From Vitrella brassicaformis CCMP3155 (taxonomy: Eukaryota; Protista; Chromerida): a stretch of DNA of 64,000 nt. Numbering within the stretch: position 1 is the stretch's first letter; every line of letters starts with the position of its first letter. A model generated the notes under the pieces. That model saw only the letters and a program-made list of their open reading frames with translations. It was not told the DNA's origin and made no database searches. Location: NCBI GenBank assembly GCA_001179505.1, contig CDMY01000436.1, positions 124,001-188,000 on the forward strand. The letters are read 5' to 3'. Position numbers and translations under genes: made by a program. This document shows positions 11,761 through 22,810 of this stretch, one piece after another.

Positions 11761-14700
11761 ATGAATGTTGATGCTATCGGCCGCGCTCTTCTCCTGCCTG
11801 CAGCCGACTACCAGCGAGATGAAGCAGTCCTTCGCGCCCTGCAGCCGGCCGGTTCGTTCGACCGCTTCTTCTTCCATCCACAGGAAGACATCATCACCAT
11901 CCGGCTGCCGCGGCTCATCCCGAAGCTCTTCGACAACAACACCGACACAGCTTCGCTCGAGCAACATGGCACGCGGGAGGTGAGGATGCGGCGCGTGAGT
12001 GTGGCTGGCGAGGGGCTGCCGGCGGTGTGGGTCATCGAAGGATTCCTTGACGAGGCTGTGCTGGGGCTGCTGAGCCTGTATCTGGAGCTGATGGACAGCG
12101 AGGGCAAGTGGGAGATAGTTCAAGTCGACGGAGAGGGAGGTGGCGGGGTGAGTGAGGCAATCAACACAACACAACACAACACAACACACGAATAAGGAGA
12201 AGGCATGATTGGATGGGTCGATGGACGGACGGATCTGCACTTCTGGTTTGTCTGTGTGTGTGTCTTTCAGGAGCTGGATGAGCGGGGCTCGACAGAAGGC
12301 TGTGATGACCCGGCCAGCAGCGGCAGGGACCACCAAGTGCTGACAATGAAGGACGGCAACAAAGGCGCACACCTCGTGGCCATCGCCCTAGCCAGGTGAG
12401 CGACCATGACGCACAACTCACAAGTACATGCAGACAGACAGACAGACAATTGTGTTGTGGTGTGTATCATCTCATCACGGTCCGTCCACGATGTGATTGA
12501 TGTGTGTTGGCTGTGCTGTGCTGTGCTGTGTGTGCGGTACGGGCAGGACGGCTGCAGCGGTGTTTCAGTTGCCGGAGGACTTCATCGACCAGCCGATACA
12601 AGTTCCTCGCTACAAACATGGCGAGGTGCGGACGAATGGCTAACCTGACTGTATGTATGCTCTATGCTGTATGCTTTCTCCCTCCCCTTCTGGTATGTGT
12701 GTGTGTCAGTTCTACGACATCCACCACGACGACGGCAACGAGTTCGACCGCTTCACCCGGCCACAGCACAGAGAGGCCTTCTTCAGCGAGACCAAGAGCC
12801 CGCAGGCCAACTGGGCGAGTCTGTATGCGGCCATGAGCGAGCGGTCGGACAGGGGCCGGGTGCTGTACGAGTGGGACGACGACACAGCCATCAGGAACGG
12901 GCCGGGCACACGCATCGCAACCGTCCTCCTGGTCAGTGGATAGATTGTATGTATCAAACACAAGACACACACACACGCGGGGTGGGTGAGTCATGGGCGT
13001 GTATGGCTTGCTTCTGCATGTGTGTGTTTGTGTGCAGTACCTGAACACGCCGAGCCGTTCTGATGCAGGTGGCCGCACCGTGTTCCCTCTGGTCGCCGAC
13101 TCTGCCGGCAACCAACTCGCGGGTCGCCCGCAGCTCAACAAGGCGCTCATCTTTCCGAACATACTCAACGCCGAGGGGCAGCTCGGTGAGCAACAAAGCA
13201 GCTGCCGTCCTGTCACGTGAGTGAATGCGGGGCTGTGTGTCTGTCTGCAGACCCGCGGATGTTTCATTTCGCAGAGGAAATCACCAACAAGGACGCCGAG
13301 TGAGTGACAGGCGGAGGAACACTACACGCGACACGGACGTCACACAAGTGTCCTCTGTGTCGGGGTGTGTGTGCGTGTGTGCAGGAAGGCGGTGGTCAAC
13401 TTGTGGGTGTGCGACCGTCCGCGGGCGATGCGGATGCCCCAGAGAGAGTTCCAGTGCTACGCCCTACCCAAAGCCGACAAGTATGTGAGCACACAACACG
13501 CAACACAACACACCATAACCCAGCACAGTGCACAGCTGCTGTACCCATATGTGAATTCCTGTGTGACGTCAGGCCAGCGTTCCTGTCGAGGATCCACCAC
13601 CCCTCCTGCCCGGCCGACACGCTGTGCGAGGCGTGCGGCTTCCCGCCCTCATACTCATTCGAGAAACTGCTACAGAACGGTCGGTGGGTCAGACAAACAA
13701 ATGGATGGACCCTACACACGTAGGCTGGCACATGTGAGATGTGTGTGGATACTTGCGATGTGAGCAGCTGACGAGTGCACTTTGGACAGCAGCAGGAGTG
13801 CTGACAGGGCCATGTGGCTGGCCCGGATGACCACACGCCGAGACGGGGCCGCTGGCGAGTGGGTGCGCTGCCATGGGCAGGGGCAGGGGCCGTGTGTGCG
13901 GGGCATACACAGCTCTTGCCTGGCACTCAGGACAGGTCAGTGGACATGCACCTAACAGGGAAACAGGGGAGCATGGGCGATGTATGTTGATTGTGATTGT
14001 CCTGTCTGGCCGTACCAGGCCCGCCAAGCGGTGATGAGTGGCGATGCAGCAGATGCAGGGGCAGGGATACCAAGCCTGAACGAGAGCAGCAAGGAGGGGA
14101 GCCGGCAATGCCCAAGGCCAGCACGCGCCCACCACACCGGCCACCCAACGGGCCGCCCCGTGGCCCTCTCCCCCAGAAGCGCATCCACGAGATGCTGGGT
14201 TCCAAACAGGAGAGAGAAGCGGGGGAGGAGCGGCCGGGTGAGAGGGAGTGGCTGATGAGGGAGATCGAGGCCAAGGGCCGTGAGCTGCAGGCGGTGACCA
14301 TCTCGGCGCTGCAGGGCAACAGGGGTCACAGGCCGGTGCGGGTCAACATCCCGGCCTTCTCTCAGGCGGCCAGCCAGAGCAAGGACGTGCATGGCCTGCG
14401 AAGCACCCTCAAGCACATTCAGAAGAACATTATCAGCTTCATGCCCCCACCAGTGGCACCACCCCTCTGCCCCTCGCCCATGTCGCCTCCCTCCCCTCCC
14501 CAGCCTCCCCAGCGTCCTGCCAAGAAGCGGCGGGGATTGAAGCTACTCGATGGCGACGGCAATGTGGTCGCGCCCAAGCAGCCAGCACACGGAGACGACG
14601 CTGCTTCGTCGCCTGAGGCCGAGCAACAGCCAGAAGTGCCTGCAGCAGCAGCACCACCAGGGGCGGCTCGTCCCGCCATCGATGTCATTGATCTGGAGTC

Positions 14701-15004
14701 CCCCGCAGGAGGCGATGGGCTGAACCCACCCACACCGTCCCCTCACCCCAAGGCTGCGGCGGCTCCAGCCAAGGCTGCTGTCGAGACGTCCACGGCTGGT
14801 GCTGCCCCCCTGCCCCACCAATCGACAGGAGTGCTGGCAGCGTCCCATGGTGTCCGGGAGGCCGGCAGCCAGGCAGGAGCAGCAGGAGGTGGTGCCGTGA
14901 GAAGGGGTGGGGGCGTGATTGAGGGTGGGCAAACTGTGAAGAGGGAGCAAGGGAACGGGAAGACAATGCAGGATGCCATCAACCTTGACCTTGACGACGA
15001 TTAG
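11761..15004 (+). CDS. Prolyl-4-hydroxylase-type 2OG-Fe(II) dioxygenase fused to a PHD finger and low-complexity tail
   Basis: Spliced motifs QPIQVPRYKHGE|FYDIHHDD (HxD), RIATVLL|YLN, GGRTVFP, DPRMFHF...EKAVVNLW; then CEAC...WVRC...PCVRGIHSSCL...|GPPSGDEWRCSRC (C4HC3). Every junction checked is frame-consistent. Start uncertain. Confidence 0.8.
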
Positions 15005-15405
15005 TGTGGAGGAATGGATGGATAGATGGATGGGCGGTGGTGTGTTGTGTACAGTGTCAATTGCTCCTCGTTACTTGCTACCGAGTCATGTTTTAGTTTC
15101 ATTTCCACTCACTCACAGCCGTCTGTCTGCATTGAATGCATTACCTGCCTGCCTGACTGACCTTTGCCCTATCCTATATTTGTCACGTGTGCAGTGTACT
15201 TTTACTACCGGGCTTGCTCAAGGGGCTCCAGACAGACAGACAGACAGACGCAGCAGTGTGCTGTGCGTAGACTCGCGGGATGGATTCACATACCGTGTGC
15301 AGTGGACAGATCAGAATTCATTCCATTCATTGAATGTGAGTTCATATTGTGTGAGTCAGACGCAACCCACACAAATGTCCGTCCACTCACCCGACAGTTA
15401 GTCAG

Positions 15406-17912
15406 TTAGTTCTGCTGCCTGGCGTGCAGTGAGTGCATGACATTGTAGCCGTCCTTGTGCTGCAGTAGATACATGGCCACGGCATGAACAGGGTTGGGTG
15501 GCCGGTCCCGCTGCACCACCTCCAGTGCAGGGGTCAGCACGGGCAGCACTGTAGCGTGCAGATACTCGCGAGCTGGCAGTGCCCGCAGCTCCTCGTGCGT
15601 GAGCCGCCGTGGCCTCAACTCCCTGCACCACACGACAGGCACGCACAAAAGGCGTCATGTCATCAATGGTGGGGGTCCAACACACAGTAAACAGTAAGTA
15701 CTCGGCCGTCGCCTCTGTGGATGGCGCGGTCGTGTCTTCCACGGGCTTGGCTGTGGCCTCCCGCGCTGCATTGATGCGTCGCATCCGCTCGGCATCTGCA
15801 GCACGGATGGCCTGACAGAACGAACAGAAAGGAATGTCATGTCTGGTCTCCATCCATCCTTCCATCCATCCATATGTACGTATGTATGTATGTATGGATG
15901 TATGTATGTGTCTCGATTTGCCGCGCAGCTGACCTTGTACAAGGTGTCCGGCTCGCTGATCATCTGCACAGGGTCGAGGACAATAATGCGGTGGCCGAAC
16001 TCGTCCTCATTCGACAGCAACTCGCCCTGGTCAGGTCACAAACAGCCACATTTGTCTGCCTGTCTGCCTGTCTGTCTGTCTGTCTGTCTGCCATCCGTCC
16101 ACACACACATACCTTCACGACGTCTCGTATCTTGAGAGGGATGAAGGGACGCGATAAGCTGCACATCAACGGGCGCACCACGGGCAGTTGATGCTTGTGT
16201 AGATAGTTTCCCGCAGTCCTTACATACCTGCCGCCGACGGGGTCGTCTGCGAGGACAAAGATGTGGTGGCTGGTGGGGTCTCCGCGATCGACGAGCATGA
16301 GCCGCACGGGGCCCTTGTCGACGAGACCGACGGCATTGCCGCTGTACAGGTACTGACTCTGCACCAATGTGTAAGTAAATGAGAGACATGCCATCCGAAT
16401 CTATGTGTCTCTCATGCTTTCAGAGCACGGCCCACCTGTTCTTCCTCCTTCATGACAGCACCACTGGGTGGCCGCCCCAACAGCTGATGCACCAGCCCAA
16501 CATAGCCCTCGTGCAGCCCTCGAAATGTGACATTCGCATTCTTGAAGGAGATCTTCAGCGGAATCGTCTCCTCTGTGGCCCCCTTCTCCTCTGTGGCCTC
16601 CGCCGCCTCCTGCGCTTCCCCAGCGGTTTTTTCGCCTTCATCCCCGTTGCCGTCCTCCTCCTCCTCAGCCTCTTCCTCCTCTGCTACATCTTGGTCGGCG
16701 TCTCCCGCCGGCTGGTCCTCGAGGGGTGACGGCGGGCGGTGCGATGTGTCCATATAGCCCAGTCGATGGCTCGGCAGCTGCAGATCTCGGGCGCCCTTCT
16801 CGCCATTGAACTTCACCTGCACAGACAGGCAGGGTACGCTACAAGTTCCTTGCCCCCCGCGAGCTAATCGACCGACGCTTTGATGGATGTCTGTCTCACC
16901 AGTTTGGTGCGATTGTTGCCGTCGAAGCAAGGGTGCCTGCCTTCGCAGAATGCTTGCAACTCGTTTGCAGCCGCCTCGAGCCAGTAGAGGGCAACCGCTT
17001 CGGGTGTCTTGGTGGAGTCGCCGGTGGTCTCCTGCTCGTCTGGCTCTCGGTGGGCCTCCTCGCTGCTGTGCAGCACAACTGATGGATGGATGGATGGATG
17101 GATGGGTGAGTGACAAAGGCTTCATGCTGCGTGTGGTGTCTCTCATTCTCACTTGCAAAGTCCCGTTTGTCCTTCACCAGCTGAACGAGCAGAGTCCAGA
17201 AGCCAGGCAGAAGCGACCACACGCCGGTCTTGATACGCGACACATAGTCCCTGATGGGCTCGGCCTCCCGTCCCTCCTCCTCCCCCTCCCTCTCAGCCAG
17301 CGGGTACGATGTGAAATCCACCTTCTCAATGTCCATGGCCTTCCTCAAGTTCAGCGGCACCATCAGCCCTTTGAGAAAGGCGTCCCCGGCGGCCTTGGCC
17401 TTCTCACCGGGCTGCTTCTTCTGAGTGATGGTCTCGAGCATGGACGCCATCTCTTGCCGCTCGGGGGCCTCTTCGGCGGCCTCTGCAATGCCTGGGAAGC
17501 GGTGCAGCTGCAGGAAGGTTGAGTAGGTGATGAGACGGTCGTCGTCTTTTGGGGGAGAGAGGGAGGGGACGGGAGAGGCCAACACCCAGTCGCCCGTCTG
17601 GGGGTCAAGAGTGCCCCATACCTGCAGATAGACCAGTCAGTACACCATGACATCGACACACAGAGAGAACGCATGCCGTGCAGATTCAATGAGAGCAGTG
17701 CCACTTCATGCATGTGCCCCTCCTTTTTCGTGACGTTGTCTCACCGTCTCGCTGAGGCATCTGTTGATCCATCCCTCCACGCCTCTCTCGCCGCACAGGG
17801 GGCGGAAGTACAGCACTCGGTCCAGGTCGATATGCAGAATCAACCGCGGTCGCTGCTCCTCGGCAAGGGCTGGTGGGGCCGCACTCTCCTGGCCGTCTTG
17901 CAATGTGGTCAT
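15406..17912 (-). CDS. Hypothetical protein with HAD-like N-terminal motif and C-terminal Dpy-30 dimerisation motif
   Basis: N-terminal RPRLILHIDLDRVL (DxD after a beta strand); acidic insert; C-terminal LPAREYLHATVLPVLTPALEVVQRDRPPNPVHAVAMYLL matches the Dpy-30 motif. Confidence 0.65.
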
Positions 17913-18624
17913 CACTCAGGATCAGCACACAAGCAGCAGAGTCAAGGGAAATCGCTCAACTGCGAGCTTAAACGCTCAAACGGTACGGTTGTTTCGATCA
18001 GGGAGACTACGTTTGATTAAAGAGCGTCTTTGCAGCCAGTGGCCCAGATGTGCACATCCATGACCCATATCCATCACGTCATGCAGACAGCCATCCATCC
18101 ACCCAATCTCCGCAGAGATGGGGAGAGAGTAAGACGCAGACAGGCAGGCAGGCAGCGAGACGACAAAATTGAATGAGACAGCCAGGGTGTCCTTACGGTA
18201 CATGCAGAGTTGGATGGACGGGTAGGGCAGATGCGTTGCGTGTGCACAGCAAGGGCAAGTGACCATGACAGATCTGTGGCAAACTCCCGAGTGAAACATA
18301 ACAGCGAAAAGTGGATACCAGACAGACAGGCAGGCAGAGAGCGCATAGAGAGGTACCGAGTGCCCATGGCCAGGCCCGTGTGTTGCTTATCTACATGGCC
18401 TATCTGTTATCTGCCCACCCGGCCAAACCTTGCACTGCACGAGCCACGAAAGCAATCCGCGAAGAGGCCATACACGGAGGCGGGCGGGCGTGAGCGAGCA
18501 AACTGACCAGGCAGGCAACCCTCCCTCCCAACCAAAACAACCCACACGAAAAACCCCTACGGATGACCGGTCGGGCCACTACTTCTGTCATCCTCCGCCT
18601 GACCGCCGCCCGTCAGTCAGGCCG

Positions 18625-19550
18625 TCAGTCGGTCTTCTTAACGTCCGAGAGTCTGGGGATCTTGTTGTAGGCGTCCTTGACCTGCGTGATGGCCGTGTCG
18701 TAGTGCGGCTTCACCTCTGGCCACACCTTCGTCTGATCCATCACACACACAAACACACACAAACACACACACATGGGGTAAAACGCACCCAGACTGGATG
18801 CGCCTCGTTCGGCTGACTGGTTTGGTTTCTGACCTGGACGAAGTCGAGCAGGAAGCCGCCAAGGAAGAGCAGCCAGATGCCTGACCCACACATACACAGC
18901 ACGATGGATCAGCCGCCGGGCGTGTGGGCCGACCACCACCACACCACTGACCGATGAAGATGAGGAATGAGGTGTTGAAGAAGCGGCCAATGTACTGAGC
19001 GACGAAGGCACCGACAAGCACCTTCAGCGATAGCATCCAGTTCTTCCAAAGCAACACCTCGCGAGCCGTCCCAGCTGGACACCCACCCCACACACAAGAC
19101 AGACAGACAGGGAGCCAAGTACACACAAGTCGCCCACATGAAAGCATCATCTGCCATGGCCCATGATCTGACCGTTTGCTCACCGGCATCGTTGGTGACG
19201 TCATAGAGGTAGTCGAGGTTGTCTTTGATGGTGTTTTTGTCCACATACTCGTACTTGGGCTCCTCGGCGCCCTGCACGTCCAGGCCGAGGACGAAGCCGA
19301 TCATGATGAAGGTCATGGTCAGCCACGCCGCTATCGTCAGGAGCGAGCAGCCTCCAAAGGTCAGCAGCACCAGCAGCAGGTTGAGGGCGAACAGCGCACA
19401 GCTGCTCGTCACCTTGTTCTTCCACGTCACCAATCCCTTCAAATCCATACCGTCAAAGCTGATCGAGGCTACCGCAGGCAATCAAGAAAGGGCTTTCTTT
19501 GCTTGGCGTCTTGCGAGCTCAGATCCGATCGCACCATTTGCCAACGTCAT
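18625..19550 (-). CDS. Reticulon-like protein
   Basis: MTLAN|ASISFDGMDLKGLVTWKNKVTSSCALFALNLLL...; second hairpin REVLLWKNWMLSLKVLVGAFVAQYIGRFFNTSFLIF; C-terminal amphipathic helix ending AYNKIPRLSDVKKTD. ATG at 19550 is inferred from a short first exon. Confidence 0.8.
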
Positions 19551-19588
19551 TTTGCCGCATTCTTCTCGCTTGAGGCGTGTGATTCATC

Positions 19589-20370
19589 ATGGGTGCCAAC
19601 GCTGCTGTTGTTTCGTTTGTCTGCATTCTGCTTTGCACTGCTGCTTCAGCCGCCCGACCTCACGCACCTCCCGCTCACGACGTGTCCGGCGGGCAGACAC
19701 CCGGCTCGTCCATCGAAGCCGTGCCCAAGTAAGCCCGTGAATGAAGCGCAAACATCCATCACCCATGTTCGCCACACTGTCTGCTTTTGCGCATGCAGTG
19801 GTGCCATCCGTTCTACCCCCCGCGGCTTGGATGCTGCGGTGGTAGGTGCCTACGAGGAGGGCGAGAAGGAGGCCGAGGCTGCTTCGGAGGGCACTGACAG
19901 TAAGGGCACAGCAGATCCATGACTGCTTGTCCATCTGCACTGCACTCATTGTTTGCAGCTGACGAAGAGCCGTCCAAGATTCTCTCTGCCATGGTGAAGC
20001 AAACGTCCTTCGAGCATCCGGATCATTGCTTGTCTGGGTATCCGTATTCGATGCTGTGTGCAGCCGCGAAGCACATCGGTGTTCGGTGGATTCGTTCCTG
20101 CCGGCACGGACGACGGCGCCATCGAAAGCAGAATGTGAGTGAGCACACAGACGTGTGCTATACCTTTCGCGCTTGTCTGTCTGTCTGTGTCTGTCTGCAT
20201 GGGTAACATGTTTTATCAGCGCTGCAGCTGCGCCTGCTGTTGAGGCAGTTGAGGAGGAGCTCGAGCCAGAGGAGGAGGAAGGAGGCGTTGTCAACGGGCT
20301 GGACATTGAGGACCCATCGCGGATGTCGTCGAGGCCTCCGAGCCACCGTTCGGATGGACGCCGCAGGTGA
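19589..20370 (+). CDS. Small secreted acidic hypothetical protein
   Basis: Signal-peptide-like MGANAAVVSFVCILLCTAASAARP; four frame-consistent GT-AG introns join exons containing GAIRSTPRGLD, DEEPSKILSAM, PRSTSVFGGFVPAG and AAAAPAVEAVEEELEPEEEE. Confidence 0.6.
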
Positions 20371-21072
20371 AGGAGAAGCCAGTGACAAGCCTCAAGGACG
20401 GCGTGAGGGTGGCATGCACTGTTTCATTCCCACCCGTCAAGCCCAAGCTGCGAAAATCGACCGCGAAACGCCGACCCACGTTGACAGCAGGTACAGGAGT
20501 GGGCTGGATGTATGGCGAAGATCGGAGTGTTCTTGCTCTGTGGGTGTGTGTGTGTGTGTGTGTGGGTGTGGGTGTGGGTGTGGGTGTGTGCAGCGCTGCA
20601 GCGATTCTGATGGATACGCTAACCTGTCTCCGTGCCTGAGCAGACTTGTCCTCTCTTGCCTGAGTGAGACGACAGCAATATCAATGAGATGAATGACCAG
20701 CGAAGGTGCCGGCCAGTGCTGGGTACACACAGATCGATGAGATGTCAATCGATTCATTCACGATCATTCATTCAGAGGGATGCGTATAGATACGCGATAG
20801 ATAGATGCACAGATACATACAGATCCACATCCACCAATGTTCAGCAAGCAAGTGTTTGCGTCAGGGTCCCGTCCCCTCACGCAAGTCCTTCCTTCCTTAA
20901 CTATCCTCCAATCAGCCACCGACCCCACCCAGGCAGGCAGCCCAGCCAGTCCAAACAAACCCACCAACCACAATTAACCACGCACCCTGGCCACACACCA
21001 GATCAAATGAACCCTCACACACTCACACTCACACGCGGTGCAGCTGACTGACATGCCATGTGGATCCACTCA

Positions 21073-22241
21073 TCAGAAATGTACCGACGCGCGTCGGCTT
21101 TTGTTTTTCTCTGTCTCTTCTGCCTCGGCTGCCGCCTCCTCGATCCCACTGCCCCCCGCCACGCCCAGGCCGACCTTTTCTTGGCTGCCCGCCACGAGCC
21201 TGTCGCCCGACTTCTGCATGATGGCGTCCACCGATTGCCGCCGCACACGAGCCGCGCTGGTCTGGCCGTACTTTTGGCGTAGCGGCTTGGCCGAGGGCGT
21301 CTTGTTGTCTGTTCTGGTGTACTTCTGATGCTTGAAGCCCACCCATGAGGCGCCGTCGAGGAGGTTGTCGATCTCCTCCTCGATGGCCGCCTCGTCATAG
21401 CCGCTGTCCTTGACGCACCTGAAGAAATCTGTGAACTCATTGTGGGTGATCTAACACACACGCAAACACACACGCACACAGAAAGCCGCAAGAGTCAAGG
21501 CGAGGGGGATGGGGTCTTCCTGCCTCCCTGCCTGCCCGCCTGCCCGTGTGTCTCTGCCTGTGTGTGTGTGTGTGTGTGTGTTTGTGTGTCACCTGAGCGT
21601 CCCCGTTGACATCCATTTCGTCGAACAGGGCATGTGCATTCAGTCGGCTCCAACTCTTGAAGAAAGCCACAGCGTCATCTGCACAAAGACACACACACAC
21701 ATATCAACACACGCACCGAGACGACAGAGCCATCCATCCTTCCGTCCATGAATTCGCCGTCCCTCTCGCGTCCCCCNNNNNNNNNNNNNNNNNNNNNNNN
21801 NNNNNNNNNNNNNNNNNNNNNNNNNNNNNNNNNNNNNNNNNNNNNNNNNNNNNNNNNNNNNNNNNNNNNNNNNNNNNNNNNNNNNNNNNNNNNNNNNNNN
21901 NNNNNNNNNNNNNNNNNNNNNNNNNNNNNNNNNNNNNNNNNNNNNNNNNNNNNNNNNNNNNNNNNNNNNNNNNNNNNNNNNNNNNNNNNNNNNNNNNNNN
22001 NNNNNNNNNNNNNNNNNNNNNNNNNNNNNNNNNNNNNNNNNNNNNNNNNNNNNNNNNNNNNNNNNNNNNNNNNNNNCTCGCGTCCCCCCCCCCCTCCCCC
22101 GTCCCCCCAAATCTCACCGAAAGTGATTTTCCCCCTGTGCCTTGCGTCCAGCTGTTTCCACAGCTGCTGCAGCTTGCCCATACAGTCAGGCGACAGGCGC
22201 ACAGAGTGGAAGTTCTTGCCCTTGCCCAACCGGTTCCCCAT
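21073..22241 (-). CDS. EF-hand calcium-binding protein with possible N-myristoylation (MGN...)
   Basis: MGNRLGKGK...QLDARHRGKITF|DDAVAFF...FDEMDVNGDAQ|ITHNEFTDFF...GYDEAAIEEEIDNLLDGASWVGF; two EF-hand loops; the first intron spans the N gap. Confidence 0.8.
21777..22076. other. Assembly gap (300 N) inside an intron
   Basis: N run; ctcgcgtccccc is present on both flanks. Confidence 0.95.
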
Positions 22242-22810
22242 GGCTGCACCACTATATCCCCCAACACACCTGCTACCTCCAACACGCCGCTGAGCTGCTG
22301 CTGACGGAGCCCCCGCCGGCTGGACCGAGGGTCAGACGATGAGTGAAGAGCCCGGGACTCTTACACACGGGGCTATGGACGATTCAACACAGTTGGCTGA
22401 GCACCAAATGCCGCTGTTGGGGGTGAGTGGAGAGAGGCGCGGGCTGGCCTCTGATGTGGTGCTGATGGTCCAACGTGGTGCCCTCACGTGCTTGACGACG
22501 AAGGAAGGGTGAGGAAGGGGCGTGTGCGCTCCAACTAAAAGGCCTGCGAGCTTTTGAATCTCGCGACTCAGCTCGCGCCAATAGATCTGCGGAGGATGTG
22601 ATGGGATGGGATGAGGCGAGTCATGGCCGTTGAGGCGATTGACATGTGAGGACACATGATGAATTCATGACACAGCCTCCGCCCGTGAGAGGGATGACTG
22701 GCAGCTGCTCTCGTCGACTGCGGGGTGAGCGGGGACGACAATGAGTGAGATCTGCGGTGTGTGTGATTTGTATCTGTCTGTTCGATTGCAGGGATTGTGT
22801 TTGTCTGAGA

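Noticed and set aside
21606-22304. Long ORFs spanning N runs (also 28240-29433 and 50281-51016)
   Set aside because: Artefacts of translating through assembly gaps.
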